A DNA stretch of 64,000 bases from a bacterium (GCA_963693055.1 OY843751.1:2272001-2336000); one strand, 5' to 3'. Counted from the first letter of the stretch, positions 39,701-48,203 are shown. The notes: generated by a model from the letters alone, not told the origin. Program-made: numbers and translations.

Positions 39701-41854
39701 TGTGTTACGATCTTCGTAAGACACCCACTGCCAATAGTCACGCGCATTAAAGTCCCAGCGATATTCCTGAGAGTTATTGACTGATACATAGCAGGAATTG
39801 CTGACACCAGAGGGAGCATAAACACGCAGCCAGACTTTATAAGTACCCGATACCGGTATATAGACATTATATGATGCAGTGCCTTGTTCATTGTTTCCCT
39901 GACCATATTCATCAACATAGGGGATAACAACAATATACTTGTTATCTGATGCTTCAATATCATCCTGCTGGGTCATTGGAAGATCAAGCGTGCCGCTTTC
40001 TGCTTCAACCCATACATTGTTGTTAAATTCCTGTTCAATGGAATCTGAATGGGTACTTAGATATCCAACACCTGCTGTTACTTTGAATTCTACAGGTTCG
40101 CCGGAAACAGGAAGTCCATTAATATCCAAAATTTGAACTGTCAATGAATTTGCCAGCTTTTTGGTAACTCGGCCAGATTCATTATTACCCGCGTAAGTTC
40201 TCATTTCGTGCGCGGGGAGTTGAGGGATTTTTAATGTAAAATTATCTACAGCATAATCTTTACCGCCGTAAAGCATGACACCTGAATACAATTGGTCTGC
40301 ATTACCCTGGGTTTTGTTTGTATCGTGAACGTTACCAATATAAATGGTTCCGGAAGTTGTACTGTTTAAATATACTTCGAATGAATGACCGGTGCTGGAA
40401 TTGGGATACCCTTGAACAACAAGCCTGTCTCCTGCAGATGGCACAATACTTGTGGATACAGAATATAATTCCGCTTGTTGTATGCTTCCGTTAGTAATGG
40501 GATATAGGCGTAAACGGTTTGAACGGATAAAAATAAAGTATCCGTTGGCGGTTGCAGTAGAATCATCAAGCATCATAGCTACGCCAATATCACCAGCCAT
40601 TCCGTATTCAAAGGTTGTTTCTACATAATCCGCATTTGGTGAATAGGTGACGCGTTTATAGGTTGCAAGATCGTTCCAGCCTCCAACAGAGTTAACATTC
40701 ACCAGCTGACCGTTTATAACATCATAACTGCCATCATAATCCCACCAGGTGTTTGTCAGTGTTTCATCACTAAAATCATCTGTATATTCCGGTACGACTT
40801 CGGGTTCAATATATAAATTAAATACCTCAGAAATAGGCCCTTCATTATTCAACTCATCCCAGCAGCGGATATAAAAATGATAAGTAACATCGGATACCAA
40901 ACCACTGACTACAACGGATTCGATAGAATTGGGGTCCGAAGGACCATCCACTCCAGGGACAAGAATACCGTCATTAAATTCCTGCAAGTCAAACTCTGAA
41001 TATCTCAACTCATACAGGTTAGCCCTGCCGGTATAATTGTCATCACCGGGGGCTCGCCATTGCAGCTGAATTGTACCTGTTTGATTATTTAGCACTTCAC
41101 CACGAACCCAGGTTACAGTACCGGGATCAATCGTATCTCCCGCGTTGATGCCTTTAATGACTCTGGCAAATTCATCTGCCATCTTTTCATACCCGGATTC
41201 ATTCGGGTGCCTTACTTCTGAATAATCTGCCAATTCTAATTTTGAATACATATCTACAATTGTCATCTTGTCTACTGCCAGACCGGCAGCTCTGTCGAAA
41301 AACATGTTTTCAATTTCGGAGTTAAAACTTACAACCTGTGGGTTTTCCAATGTACCATTGTCTTGCTGGGATATGATTTTACAAACAAGAATACGTTCAA
41401 CGCTTGAAAAAGCTGAAGCAAGTTTTAAAACCTGGGCAAGTTTACCGGATGAAGTGTTGGTATTTAGTGTTATTCCATTATCATCAGAATAGGGGGCTGC
41501 CTGATCAGTATAATTATTGGTCCCCAAATGGATCAATAGCATGTTGGGTCTATAGTTATTGATAGCAGCTTTAATATCTTTGGCAGCGCCTTCATAAAAC
41601 TGTTCAATTTTAGCACCACTCAGAAAAAGTCCATTATAAGGCGCAGACCCATCAGGACCAACAAATTCAAAATCAAGGCCGGTGTCGTTTAGTTGTTGGT
41701 ACAGATCGTCTCTAAATCCAGGTTCATAAGGATAGCCGTTGGTAATCGAGTTACCCACAGGCATGATTCTCCACCTTGCCGCAAATATATGACATGAAGT
41801 TAAAAGGATAATCAATAAAATCAGTTTAAAGCAATTTTTACATTGCAAAGTCAA
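33764..41854 (-). CDS. 2696-aa secreted/surface protein: SGNH hydrolase, FN3, lectin-like, CBM-like, about 15 Big-1 Ig repeats, cadherin/He_PIG-like and FlgD-Ig/T9SS-like C-terminal domains
   Basis: 'IMPVGNSIT', 'HLGTNN', 'HPNESGYEKMA'; repeated 'V.D..(G/N)NPV.G..V.F.V..G.G'; C-terminal 'QNFPNPFNP...WNGRND.G..VSSGVYYYRI...KKMAFVK'. Confidence 0.88.
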   Translation of the reverse strand: MTLQCKNCFKLILLIILLTSCHIFAARWRIMPVGNSITNGYPYEPGFRDDLYQQLNDTGLDFEFVGPDGSAPYNGLFLSGAKIEQFYEGAAKDIKAAINNYRPNMLLIHLGTNNYTDQAAPYSDDNGITLNTNTSSGKLAQVLKLASAFSSVERILVCKIISQQDNGTLENPQVVSFNSEIENMFFDRAAGLAVDKMTIVDMYSKLELADYSEVRHPNESGYEKMADEFARVIKGINAGDTIDPGTVTWVRGEVLNNQTGTIQLQWRAPGDDNYTGRANLYELRYSEFDLQEFNDGILVPGVDGPSDPNSIESVVVSGLVSDVTYHFYIRCWDELNNEGPISEVFNLYIEPEVVPEYTDDFSDETLTNTWWDYDGSYDVINGQLVNVNSVGGWNDLATYKRVTYSPNADYVETTFEYGMAGDIGVAMMLDDSTATANGYFIFIRSNRLRLYPITNGSIQQAELYSVSTSIVPSAGDRLVVQGYPNSSTGHSFEVYLNSTTSGTIYIGNVHDTNKTQGNADQLYSGVMLYGGKDYAVDNFTLKIPQLPAHEMRTYAGNNESGRVTKKLANSLTVQILDINGLPVSGEPVEFKVTAGVGYLSTHSDSIEQEFNNNVWVEAESGTLDLPMTQQDDIEASDNKYIVVIPYVDEYGQGNNEQGTASYNVYIPVSGTYKVWLRVYAPSGVSNSCYVSVNNSQEYRWDFNARDYWQWVSYEDRNTFSLPSGFVDFVIHNRESGTQIDKILLTRNESYTPTNEGEETQPFSFITNASGLARTEITFGLQAGAVQVQADANVSVGSSQLFSVYAEALDPQGIDYNSAPSYPGVAGSPLDIDFSIFLQDVYSNPCVGIPVDFKVISGDGTFNGSGLDSTRLSTESDGTASIQLTLGYAEESVVQASLPGYPNIAPITFRGIAGEGVPVEIQVVEGADQTGTVMHALNSPLTVKILDEKGDPVENYPVPFNVSKGNGFFEDNGSSKTVNTSADGTASVNYTLGDSAGVNTNEVMVDVNLPGAPLYFRPEAKPDSPYQLIMLEGDEQEQNAGKQFGDSLTVKIADQYNNGIESYTVRFSVINGDGNFDGKEGISVENDIKTVTTDTLGKALTTFAAGNAEGETLVKVEGIPALQISSPDTFHLTVLPRRPNKIIKISGDTPNQSAVVNTILPNPFKVKIVDPFGTNMSSGIRVVFKTISGGGSFSSLDSTIVNSSADGTAEATYRLGTVAGTQTIRVYLPDYPGVTAIQYTATATPAPASNMIIASTSPFTFGAGHSPVSLQVRVTDEYDNPYPGHSVKFQVTQGNGLFPDKTSPVTAITNSQGVAQVDYQMGTNVNITNLITATANRNNSQTALAGSPVTFRGFVIPDSASQVVKISGDSPVQQAQIGSMLDDSLVVEVRDQYNNPIPEQAVIYNVLSTGGQIGSETELTRFTDENGQAHVFYTLGFTAGTNSDSIEVTIENRPDIDPVVFRATATSGTPEKIKANKDSLWNNLILSNNATTLTPEIKVLDIRNNPVPNTSVKFKVIDGNGTVNGADSITVTSGADGIAKVNWVLSTDPDTNIVEASAKHNGTFLLNSPVEFKAITIPGEPFYLKQISAATDTGIANQRLSQAIKVQVTDRHNYPIIGHPVSFTVTYPNNGSKGKFILDDDSLVEETTQQTNNDGIAQVYFKPVLDINTVKASSENNGSSLQSEQTFFIFGSTPEATEIRLLTTQDTTLTVADTFAVNVGAYDLDGDPVDKHNVNYKVIKGGGRLESTTIDKSFQGTLNGVATENWILGTDINTENWLEISSSNDDVHLAGSPDTVKVTLRASAPFADSTQINATQDVVADGVESSQVTIRLRDKYNNPVSGKMVELNAEDQGVTIINPTTATNGNGETTGQVKSIIADSVTVNVVLAENSKVLGSIDISFVPDDASQIDAIAGTDQTGNKGAVLSKPFGAHVTDLNGNPIKNVDIVFQTQVGDGYHKESGLQSYTTKSDSAGNAYASWVLGPNTGTQLVLAYIKSLGQSSQVAEFSITSRDAVPPYKLTDYTGEFSGTVGEEMENPIRIKVYDSDSLAVAGASVTFTKSVDDAELGGDNPATSNFLGCSEIYYTPGMISGPQQIKANVTNDETSIWITVTAQSDSAVDLIAQSATTVSDTVGMVIADTLIIKALDKHDNPVPGTEIVFNIADAPADEHHAEFLNADTLLTDSNGLAKGILKLGQIVGEYTITVKSPDLDEIQLIFNIQAVHGRPSRLNMVSGNNQVMTKNRFLVYPNIVKLTDSYGNIVSDELVYFQPKDFIGSVSSTKDTTDSMGLASCFWQLGDQAENVLWASKPGTNPDFLEFTATGVNNAFPVFTNLTHKDSVDYTEGQYQYQIIASDDDNDPLTFSVKNLPANSSFDPLTGVFTWMPKANQKKTWDIVFEVYDIKPVSEQGFDIDSLTIVVTGNSAPQIVYKDPPQSVLDVPQGGSQKFTILAKDDDSDPLTFTWYLDDTEVGTGSEFLFVAAEHPGSYSLKCVVSDGEYTDEVTWGQVTKVELQSFSAIHEPYKGVILDWETANEVDNLGFFIYRSLTKEGEYAQLNNKLIPTRKDGQYSYSDTTTVPGRTYYYKLVDMSVSGWSGEHGPVSLETAFPKTFQVHQNFPNPFNPVTRIRFDLPKVMQTRIEIFNVMGQQVATLVNNKMDPGYHEIEWNGRNDQGTIVSSGVYYYRIMAGEYKEIKKMAFVK

Positions 41855-41903
41855 GAGACCTCCGGAATTTTATTAAAATTTATGAATATTCCGACCTGTA
41901 TTT

Positions 41904-41919
41904 TGCAAAGATTATACCT
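41904..41919 (-). promoter_or_regulatory. Candidate sigma-54 (-24/-12) promoter of the giant surface protein gene
   Basis: Minus strand AGGTATAATCTTTGCA = GG-N10-GC with TTTGCA, about 50 bp upstream of the start. Confidence 0.4.
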
Positions 41920-42148
41920 TTAATCCGGCCGGTTTTTGATATATTATTAACAATTCGTATTAACTATTAAAAAAAACTTGTGTTGGCACGTTAATACAAG
42001 CTCAATAATAACAGTATATTGCAATACAGTGATTGTCGTGTGATATATATACAAAAATTAATTTATTTATATTAATTTCTGTATAATTAATCACAATTAA
42101 AAACTGTACCAATTGAAAACGATTTATGCTTCATTGTCGTACAAATGA

Positions 42149-42754
42149 TTAAAACAAAAAATTTAGTTTGAATGACAATTTAGGTCCACTGTAATTATCG
42201 GTTTCTCCGACTTTTTGAGAAAATTTTGCATATAGGTAAGCATATTCAGCGGTTAATGCAAATCTTGAAAATAAATACAGGTTCACACCCGTCCCCACAT
42301 TAAATCCAAATCCTGCCCGGTCAAGGGGTATATTTGAATTATCAGCACCCATTGGAACTTGTCTGGACCAAATGCCGGCTATTCCATAATTAACAAATGG
42401 GCAAATACGTGATTGTGTTAAAATATAATTTTTTAATTCAATGGATAAATGTCGTAATGAGACATAATCGAGTTCAATGTCTTCAAGTTCATTTTGTTTC
42501 CAGTACATGAATGCCAAGCGAATAGCATAGCTTTTAAAAGAGGGTGTAGTAAAAGAAACACCCATATAATTGTCTGCACCTTTGATATTATCAAAGGGTT
42601 TTGAAGAATTTTGATCAAGTGCGCTGGGTTTCCATACACCATAGTCAAAAGCAATATTACCTCTGGTAAAATGTTCCTCTGCACGCACTTGAGAACATCC
42701 GAGTGTGATGGAAAATAAGATAAATAAATATGTATATATACGAAAGTAGCTCAA
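42149..42754 (-). CDS. Outer-membrane beta-barrel protein (OmpW/OmpA-barrel-like)
   Basis: Signal peptide; 'PFVNYGIAG', 'GFGFNVGTGV', C-terminal 'KLNFLF' with terminal Phe. Confidence 0.72.
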   Translation of the reverse strand: MSYFRIYTYLFILFSITLGCSQVRAEEHFTRGNIAFDYGVWKPSALDQNSSKPFDNIKGADNYMGVSFTTPSFKSYAIRLAFMYWKQNELEDIELDYVSLRHLSIELKNYILTQSRICPFVNYGIAGIWSRQVPMGADNSNIPLDRAGFGFNVGTGVNLYLFSRFALTAEYAYLYAKFSQKVGETDNYSGPKLSFKLNFLF

Positions 42755-42810
42755 GAAAACCTCATAAATTCATAAGAAATTGTAAACAGTAATAGTAATG
42801 GCAGGTTTTA

Positions 42811-43134
42811 TTATTTTTCAGAATCCGGTTGAAAACCAAATTGTTTAACCTGTCCCATATCCTGTTTTACATCATTTATCTCGCCAAACTGCTCTTCATA
42901 TTTTTTTATGTTTTCCTGCATTGCTTTCAAGAATGATTTCGCATGCTGAGGTGTCATAATTATCCTTGAATATACTTTGGTTTTTGGAACACCAGGAACA
43001 ATGCGTGTAAAATCAATTATAAATTCAGCAGGAGAGTGTGAGATTAATGCTAAATTGGAATAGATTCCTTCTGCTTCTTTTTCACCCAGTTGTATATTAA
43101 TTTGATGTGGTGGTGTTGGTTGATTAGAATTCAT
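42811..43134 (-). CDS. DUF3467 domain protein
   Basis: 'AEGIYSNLALISHSPAEFIIDF..PGVPK.KV.SRIIMTPQHAK...NIKKYE.QFGEI'. Confidence 0.88.
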   Translation of the reverse strand: MNSNQPTPPHQINIQLGEKEAEGIYSNLALISHSPAEFIIDFTRIVPGVPKTKVYSRIIMTPQHAKSFLKAMQENIKKYEEQFGEINDVKQDMGQVKQFGFQPDSEK

Positions 43135-43300
43135 GATTTCTCCATCTTTATTCAGTCTATAAATTAACAATTTTTTAGTTCAACACAAATATTTTTTATA
43201 TTGTTATGTTACCTTTTTTTTATCTTACAGGTTCCAGTTTTTCGTTGTATTTCGTAATGATTTTTACTACAATTCAATTTATAATAAATTCAGGTAGAGC

Positions 43301-45304
43301 ATGAAGCATTTTTTATGGCCGTTGTTAGCAACTGTATTATTTTCAATTTCCTGTGATCAAATTCCATTCTTTGGCAGCAAATCATTTTACACCCATAAAA
43401 TAGATGATAGTAATGGTGTGTATTTGCTATCCGATAATTTCCCTTTGCATATGGATGGTAAAACCGATGACTCTCAAGCAATTCAGGCAGCTATTGATCA
43501 TGTCGAAAAGTATAATGGCTTTGGAATTGTTTTTATTCCTTCCGGCAAATATGCTATTCATAATCCCGTTTATATTTGGCGGGGCATTCGTTTAATTGGA
43601 TATGGTAGAAAGCGCCCTCAATTTATTTTACCCGAAAATACACCCGAATATCAATCTCAAAAGCAGTATATGGTCCAGTTTATGGATAGAAAACCATTAC
43701 TGAATCAGGAACCTGTTGATGCAGGTAATACTACGTTCTATTCTGGTATAAGCAATATTGATTTCAAGATTGAAAAAGGCAACCCAGCGGCAGTTGCTAT
43801 ACGTTTTAATGCTGCACAGCTTTCTTCTCTCGAACACTTGGATTTCAAGCTGGAATCCGGCATTACTGCCATTGAACAGGCTGGAAGCCAGATTTTTGAT
43901 TGTAAATTCAATGGTGGTGGATTCGGCTTGACTTTGGATGGTTCATCATCCGGTGCACAGACATTGATTATGAACTGTAAATTTAGTAACCAAACTCAGG
44001 CCGGTATTTTAACCAGTGATGCCGGATTAACGGTAATAGGCTGTGGTTTTGAAAATATGTCTCATGCAATTGTGGTCAGAGAGAACCGGGTAGAGAAATT
44101 ATATATTCAGGATACCTATTGTAAAAATGTTTCTGTTAGTGCTGTGTTAACCAGCAAATATAATAGTCCTGACAATTACATCCTCATGGATACTTTTCAG
44201 TGCGCCAATACTCCCAATGTGTTATTATTCAGAGATCGTAATACTCCCGTAAGTATAGACGCTCAGTTTTTTCAGATTAATGAACTGTATCATGGTTTGT
44301 TGATAGACCGACAGGTTGCCAACAAGTATGATAAAAGTATTCGTACAAAATATGGTTATAATGTACTTGAAGATCTTGATGATCCTATTGAATTCAAGGT
44401 ACCTCAGTTACCCAAATCTAAAAATTGGTTTAATGTACAAGAATATGGGGCAATAGGAGATGCATATACAGACAATACCATTGCTTTTAAAAAAGCGATT
44501 ACCGATCACAAAACCATTTATTTACCAATGGGATTGTATGTAATTTCTGAACCTCTTGTATTGCGCAAAAATACAAAGATTGTTGGGTTGCATCCCAAAG
44601 CTACTCAGATAATATTGTTAGACAATACATCTAAATTTACCAATCCCGATTCTTTAGAGCCAATGGTTATCGCTCCGAAGAATGGAAAAAACATGATCTC
44701 CGGAATTGGTTTTAATGCCGGATTGAATCCCGGAACCGTTCAATTGAGATGGATGGCGGGACGACATTCCTATTTAAATGATATCTGGTTTGAATGGGGT
44801 GGGCAGGGAGATACTCAACTTGGTAATGAGTTTGCCTCCAGTTTGTGGATTGATAATAATGGTGGTGGTTTTTTTAAAAATATTTGGTGTGCCAATCTTT
44901 TAGCCAATACCAGTGTAATGATTCAAAATACCCAGACTCCGGGGCAGGTATATTTGATGGGTACTGAAAATAATCATCGGAATATTGCAATTCAAAATGT
45001 GAAAAACTGGAATATGACAGCCATTCAATGTGAAGAAAATATGGGGCGCCAGCAATCTTTGATGATTGATGTACGCCAGAACAGTCGTGTGAATTTAAAT
45101 AATGTGTTTGTAAAGCGTGAGGTCACGTTTAAAAAAGATAATAATTATAGTATACGTTTGGATAATAACAGTTCAGCAATTATTCGTGGAATGCATAATA
45201 GTTCATGGGGCAATGTTCCATTTGATACTGCCGTTTACTATACCGGACAATTATTGTCTATTTCTGAAAAAGATTTTTCATACACCAGGGTACCAAATCA
45301 TTAA
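43301..45304 (+). CDS. Lipoprotein with two pectate_lyase_3-type beta-helix domains (GH55/GH28-related)
   Basis: Lipobox 'FSISC'; 'DGKTDDSQAIQAAID..IVFIPSGKY' and 'NVQEYGAIGDAYTDNTIAFKKAI..IYLPMGLY'. Confidence 0.75.
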   Translation: MKHFLWPLLATVLFSISCDQIPFFGSKSFYTHKIDDSNGVYLLSDNFPLHMDGKTDDSQAIQAAIDHVEKYNGFGIVFIPSGKYAIHNPVYIWRGIRLIGYGRKRPQFILPENTPEYQSQKQYMVQFMDRKPLLNQEPVDAGNTTFYSGISNIDFKIEKGNPAAVAIRFNAAQLSSLEHLDFKLESGITAIEQAGSQIFDCKFNGGGFGLTLDGSSSGAQTLIMNCKFSNQTQAGILTSDAGLTVIGCGFENMSHAIVVRENRVEKLYIQDTYCKNVSVSAVLTSKYNSPDNYILMDTFQCANTPNVLLFRDRNTPVSIDAQFFQINELYHGLLIDRQVANKYDKSIRTKYGYNVLEDLDDPIEFKVPQLPKSKNWFNVQEYGAIGDAYTDNTIAFKKAITDHKTIYLPMGLYVISEPLVLRKNTKIVGLHPKATQIILLDNTSKFTNPDSLEPMVIAPKNGKNMISGIGFNAGLNPGTVQLRWMAGRHSYLNDIWFEWGGQGDTQLGNEFASSLWIDNNGGGFFKNIWCANLLANTSVMIQNTQTPGQVYLMGTENNHRNIAIQNVKNWNMTAIQCEENMGRQQSLMIDVRQNSRVNLNNVFVKREVTFKKDNNYSIRLDNNSSAIIRGMHNSSWGNVPFDTAVYYTGQLLSISEKDFSYTRVPNH

Positions 45305-45319
45305 AAAAATCATTTTTTC

Positions 45320-45348
45320 TGCAAACCATTTCCGTGTTTATCTGTCTA
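45320..45348 (+). promoter_or_regulatory. Putative autoregulated ECF sigma promoter
   Basis: TGCAAAC-N16-TGTCTA upstream of the ECF sigma ATG at 45373. Confidence 0.5.
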
Positions 45349-45372
45349 AATAGACAAGAAGCGAGAGAATGC

Positions 45373-45945
45373 ATGGAATTCAATGAAATTGAATTAATTA
45401 AAAAAGCCCAGTCAGGAGATACAACTGCATTTACCAGATTAATGGAAATGCATGATCGTAGTGTATGGCAGGTTATTTACCACATGTTGGGTAACGTGCA
45501 AGATACACAAGATCTGTATCAGGATACATTCCTCAGGGCTTTTGAAAAAATTGGTACTTTTCGTTTTGCAAGTTCGTTCAAGAGCTGGGTTGTACGGATA
45601 GGCATTAATCTATGTATTAATCATCGTAAACGGAATCGTATTGTAAAATGGATATCAATTTTTGATACTGTTGACGATGCAGATAAAACTTTACAATGGA
45701 TGGATACCAAAGTGTTGAATCCTGAAGAAAAACTGTCTCAAACGCAAATTAAAGAACATATTGTATCTGCTATGGATACATTGTCACATCGTGAGCGGGC
45801 TGTTTTTGTTTTAAAACAGATTGAAGGATACAAGATCCAGGAGATTGCAAAAACTCTAAATTGTGCTGAAGGCACGGTGAAAAATTATTTGTTTCGTGCA
45901 ACACAAAAAATGAAAAAAGGGCTTACACCTGTATTTAAAGCCTGA
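45373..45945 (+). CDS. ECF-type RNA polymerase sigma factor
   Basis: 'AQSGD..AF..L', 'DLYQDTFLRAF..I.TFR..SSFKSW..RI..N', region 4 'EIAKTLNCAEGTVKNYLFRA'. Confidence 0.93.
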   Translation: MEFNEIELIKKAQSGDTTAFTRLMEMHDRSVWQVIYHMLGNVQDTQDLYQDTFLRAFEKIGTFRFASSFKSWVVRIGINLCINHRKRNRIVKWISIFDTVDDADKTLQWMDTKVLNPEEKLSQTQIKEHIVSAMDTLSHRERAVFVLKQIEGYKIQEIAKTLNCAEGTVKNYLFRATQKMKKGLTPVFKA

Positions 45946-45954
45946 GGTAATGTT

Positions 45955-46962
45955 ATGAATAATTGTAAAAAATATCAAAAATACATTGTGCTTGATTATT
46001 ACAATGAGCTGGAAGGTTATGAAAAAGCTGACCTTGACGCCCATTTGCTTCATTGTGAATCATGTAAAAAAGAAAAGTTGGAATTGTCAAGTATGGGAGT
46101 GGTAATTCAGGAAAATTATACCACAGAACCCAAAGAGCATATTCTCAAGGCATTGAGACACCTTGTAGAAATACGATTACAGCAGTATCATAAGCCAAAT
46201 TTTGAGAAAAGAGGTGTTTTTTTACCACGCTTTGTTCTACAATTTGCAATGGTTGTGCTTTTAATTGGCGTTGGTTACTTTACTGGCAGAATGATACCAA
46301 CACAAGAAAAACAACAAGTATCTTCTATAGATCTTTTAAATGACCTTGTTAAAGCCGATCAAAACGTTGAATTCTTAAATCACACAATTGATCCTTACCT
46401 GATTGGTATTAATCGGTTAAAATTTGACCAGGAAACAGGCAAGGTAAATGTCAGCTATAATACGGTAAACGATATTGATGTTTCAGCGAGTCTTGATGAT
46501 CCCCTGGTAAAGGAATTATTGTTGTATGCATTAAATCATGGTGAAAATCCCAATGTTCGCATGCATGCTGTCAAAGCTGTAAATGCTATTGCTGCAAACA
46601 AAAATACGCTGGATGTACAATTTATCAAATCCATTGGTAAAACGCTGACCGATGAAGAGAATCCTGGTATTCGGCTATTTGCGTTACGTGTTTTGTCTTC
46701 CATGTCAATGGATGAAAATATAAAAATGATGTTGATACATGTACTGCTTTATGATGCGAATCCCGCTTTGCGAATAGAAGCATTTAAAACCCTAACTCGC
46801 GAAAATATTACAATTCCGGATATTGGGATGTATCTTGAGCCTGCTCAGGAAGATAGCAACAGCTTTATCAGCAATCAGTCAAAAATAATTATCAAAGAAA
46901 TACTTGAAAAACAAACCCAAAATAATGGCCCTTATGAACTGGCCAGAAGGAGTCAACCATGA
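45955..46962 (+). CDS. Zinc-binding (ZAS) transmembrane anti-sigma factor with periplasmic HEAT-like repeats
   Basis: 'HLLHCESC' HxxxCxxC; one TM; 'NPNVRMHAV', 'NPGIRLFAL', 'NPALRIEAF' repeats. Confidence 0.82.
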   Translation: MNNCKKYQKYIVLDYYNELEGYEKADLDAHLLHCESCKKEKLELSSMGVVIQENYTTEPKEHILKALRHLVEIRLQQYHKPNFEKRGVFLPRFVLQFAMVVLLIGVGYFTGRMIPTQEKQQVSSIDLLNDLVKADQNVEFLNHTIDPYLIGINRLKFDQETGKVNVSYNTVNDIDVSASLDDPLVKELLLYALNHGENPNVRMHAVKAVNAIAANKNTLDVQFIKSIGKTLTDEENPGIRLFALRVLSSMSMDENIKMMLIHVLLYDANPALRIEAFKTLTRENITIPDIGMYLEPAQEDSNSFISNQSKIIIKEILEKQTQNNGPYELARRSQP

Positions 46963-48203
46963 GGAAAATAACATTCTCAATAACAATATTACTGGTTTTA
47001 ATTTCTCTTGCCTTTTCTCAAGAGTTGGTGAAAAAAAATGGTTATTATGAAGCAAACATACAACAGACTTTTGATGTGAAACCCGATGGGAAGCTGGTAA
47101 TTGAAAATATAAACGCAGATATAGAAATTTATACCTGGGAAAAAAATCAGGTTGAGATCAAAGAATTCGCCAAATTTGATGTGTATACGGAGGAAGAGGC
47201 AAATGAAAGAATAAAGCATTGGAAAAAACAATATTCTCAAACCGGTAATACAATAAAGATTTCAGGTTCCGGCCATTTTGATTGTGAAAATTGCAAGTTT
47301 GTAATAAAGGTACCAACACGATTCAATATCGATACCAAAACACGCGGGGGAGATGTATTGATTAATGGGCTTGCCGGTAATGTAAACGCATCCACCTCCG
47401 GTGGTGATATGGAGATGTACGAAATATCCGGAACTGTTACCGCTAGAACATCCGGAGGCGATCTTGAATTTTACAATATCAAAGGCCAACTCGATGCTAA
47501 AACGTCTGGTGGTGATATTGAAATGGGAAATATTCTTGGAGATGCAATTATTGTAACATCTGGTGGAGATATTGAACTGGAAAACGCAACACAAAAAGTC
47601 TTGTTAAAAACTTCCGGTGGTGATATTACTGTCAAAGATCTGGCAGGCCCGACAGAAATGACTACTTCTGGTGGAGACATAAAAGTATATGATTTTACCG
47701 GACCAACTCTTGATTTCAAAACCAGTGGTGGTGATATTGAAATGTATAATATTAAAGGGGTTTTAGTTGCATCAACCAGTGGTGGTGATATTGAAGGAAA
47801 AACATTCTTGTCACCTGTTCAAGTTAAATCCTCTGGAGGCGATATTGAACTTGTAGATGTTCAAGCCGCGCTTAAGGCAAATACTTCTGGTGGTGACATT
47901 GATATCAAAATGAATATTAAAGATTATTCAATCCCTCATGAAATTGAACTCGAAACATCCGGTGGAGATATTAGTCTTGCCATTCCTGCAGATCTGCCGG
48001 CAACTATTGACGCTCAGATTAGATTGCGAGATAATAACCGCTCATGGGATCGCAATGATATTTACAGTGATTTCCCACTCACAAAATCAATGGATAAAGA
48101 CGGGAGTTATGTAATTATTAAAAGTCAGGGTGAGATTAATGGTGGAGGCGATTTAATAAAGTTACGGACTTCGGCCGGTGATATTCATATTGTTAAAAAT
48201 TAG
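46959..48203 (+). CDS. DUF4097-family beta-strand repeat protein
   Basis: Signal peptide; about 13 TSGGD(I/M/L)-type motifs, mostly at an 18-aa period. Confidence 0.85.
   Translation: MRKITFSITILLVLISLAFSQELVKKNGYYEANIQQTFDVKPDGKLVIENINADIEIYTWEKNQVEIKEFAKFDVYTEEEANERIKHWKKQYSQTGNTIKISGSGHFDCENCKFVIKVPTRFNIDTKTRGGDVLINGLAGNVNASTSGGDMEMYEISGTVTARTSGGDLEFYNIKGQLDAKTSGGDIEMGNILGDAIIVTSGGDIELENATQKVLLKTSGGDITVKDLAGPTEMTTSGGDIKVYDFTGPTLDFKTSGGDIEMYNIKGVLVASTSGGDIEGKTFLSPVQVKSSGGDIELVDVQAALKANTSGGDIDIKMNIKDYSIPHEIELETSGGDISLAIPADLPATIDAQIRLRDNNRSWDRNDIYSDFPLTKSMDKDGSYVIIKSQGEINGGGDLIKLRTSAGDIHIVKN

Noticed and set aside
41977-42000. Plus-strand TGGCACG sigma-54-like -24 element within an imperfect hairpin
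   Set aside because: No GC at -12 and no plus-strand gene to drive; at most a weak terminator for the upstream barrel gene
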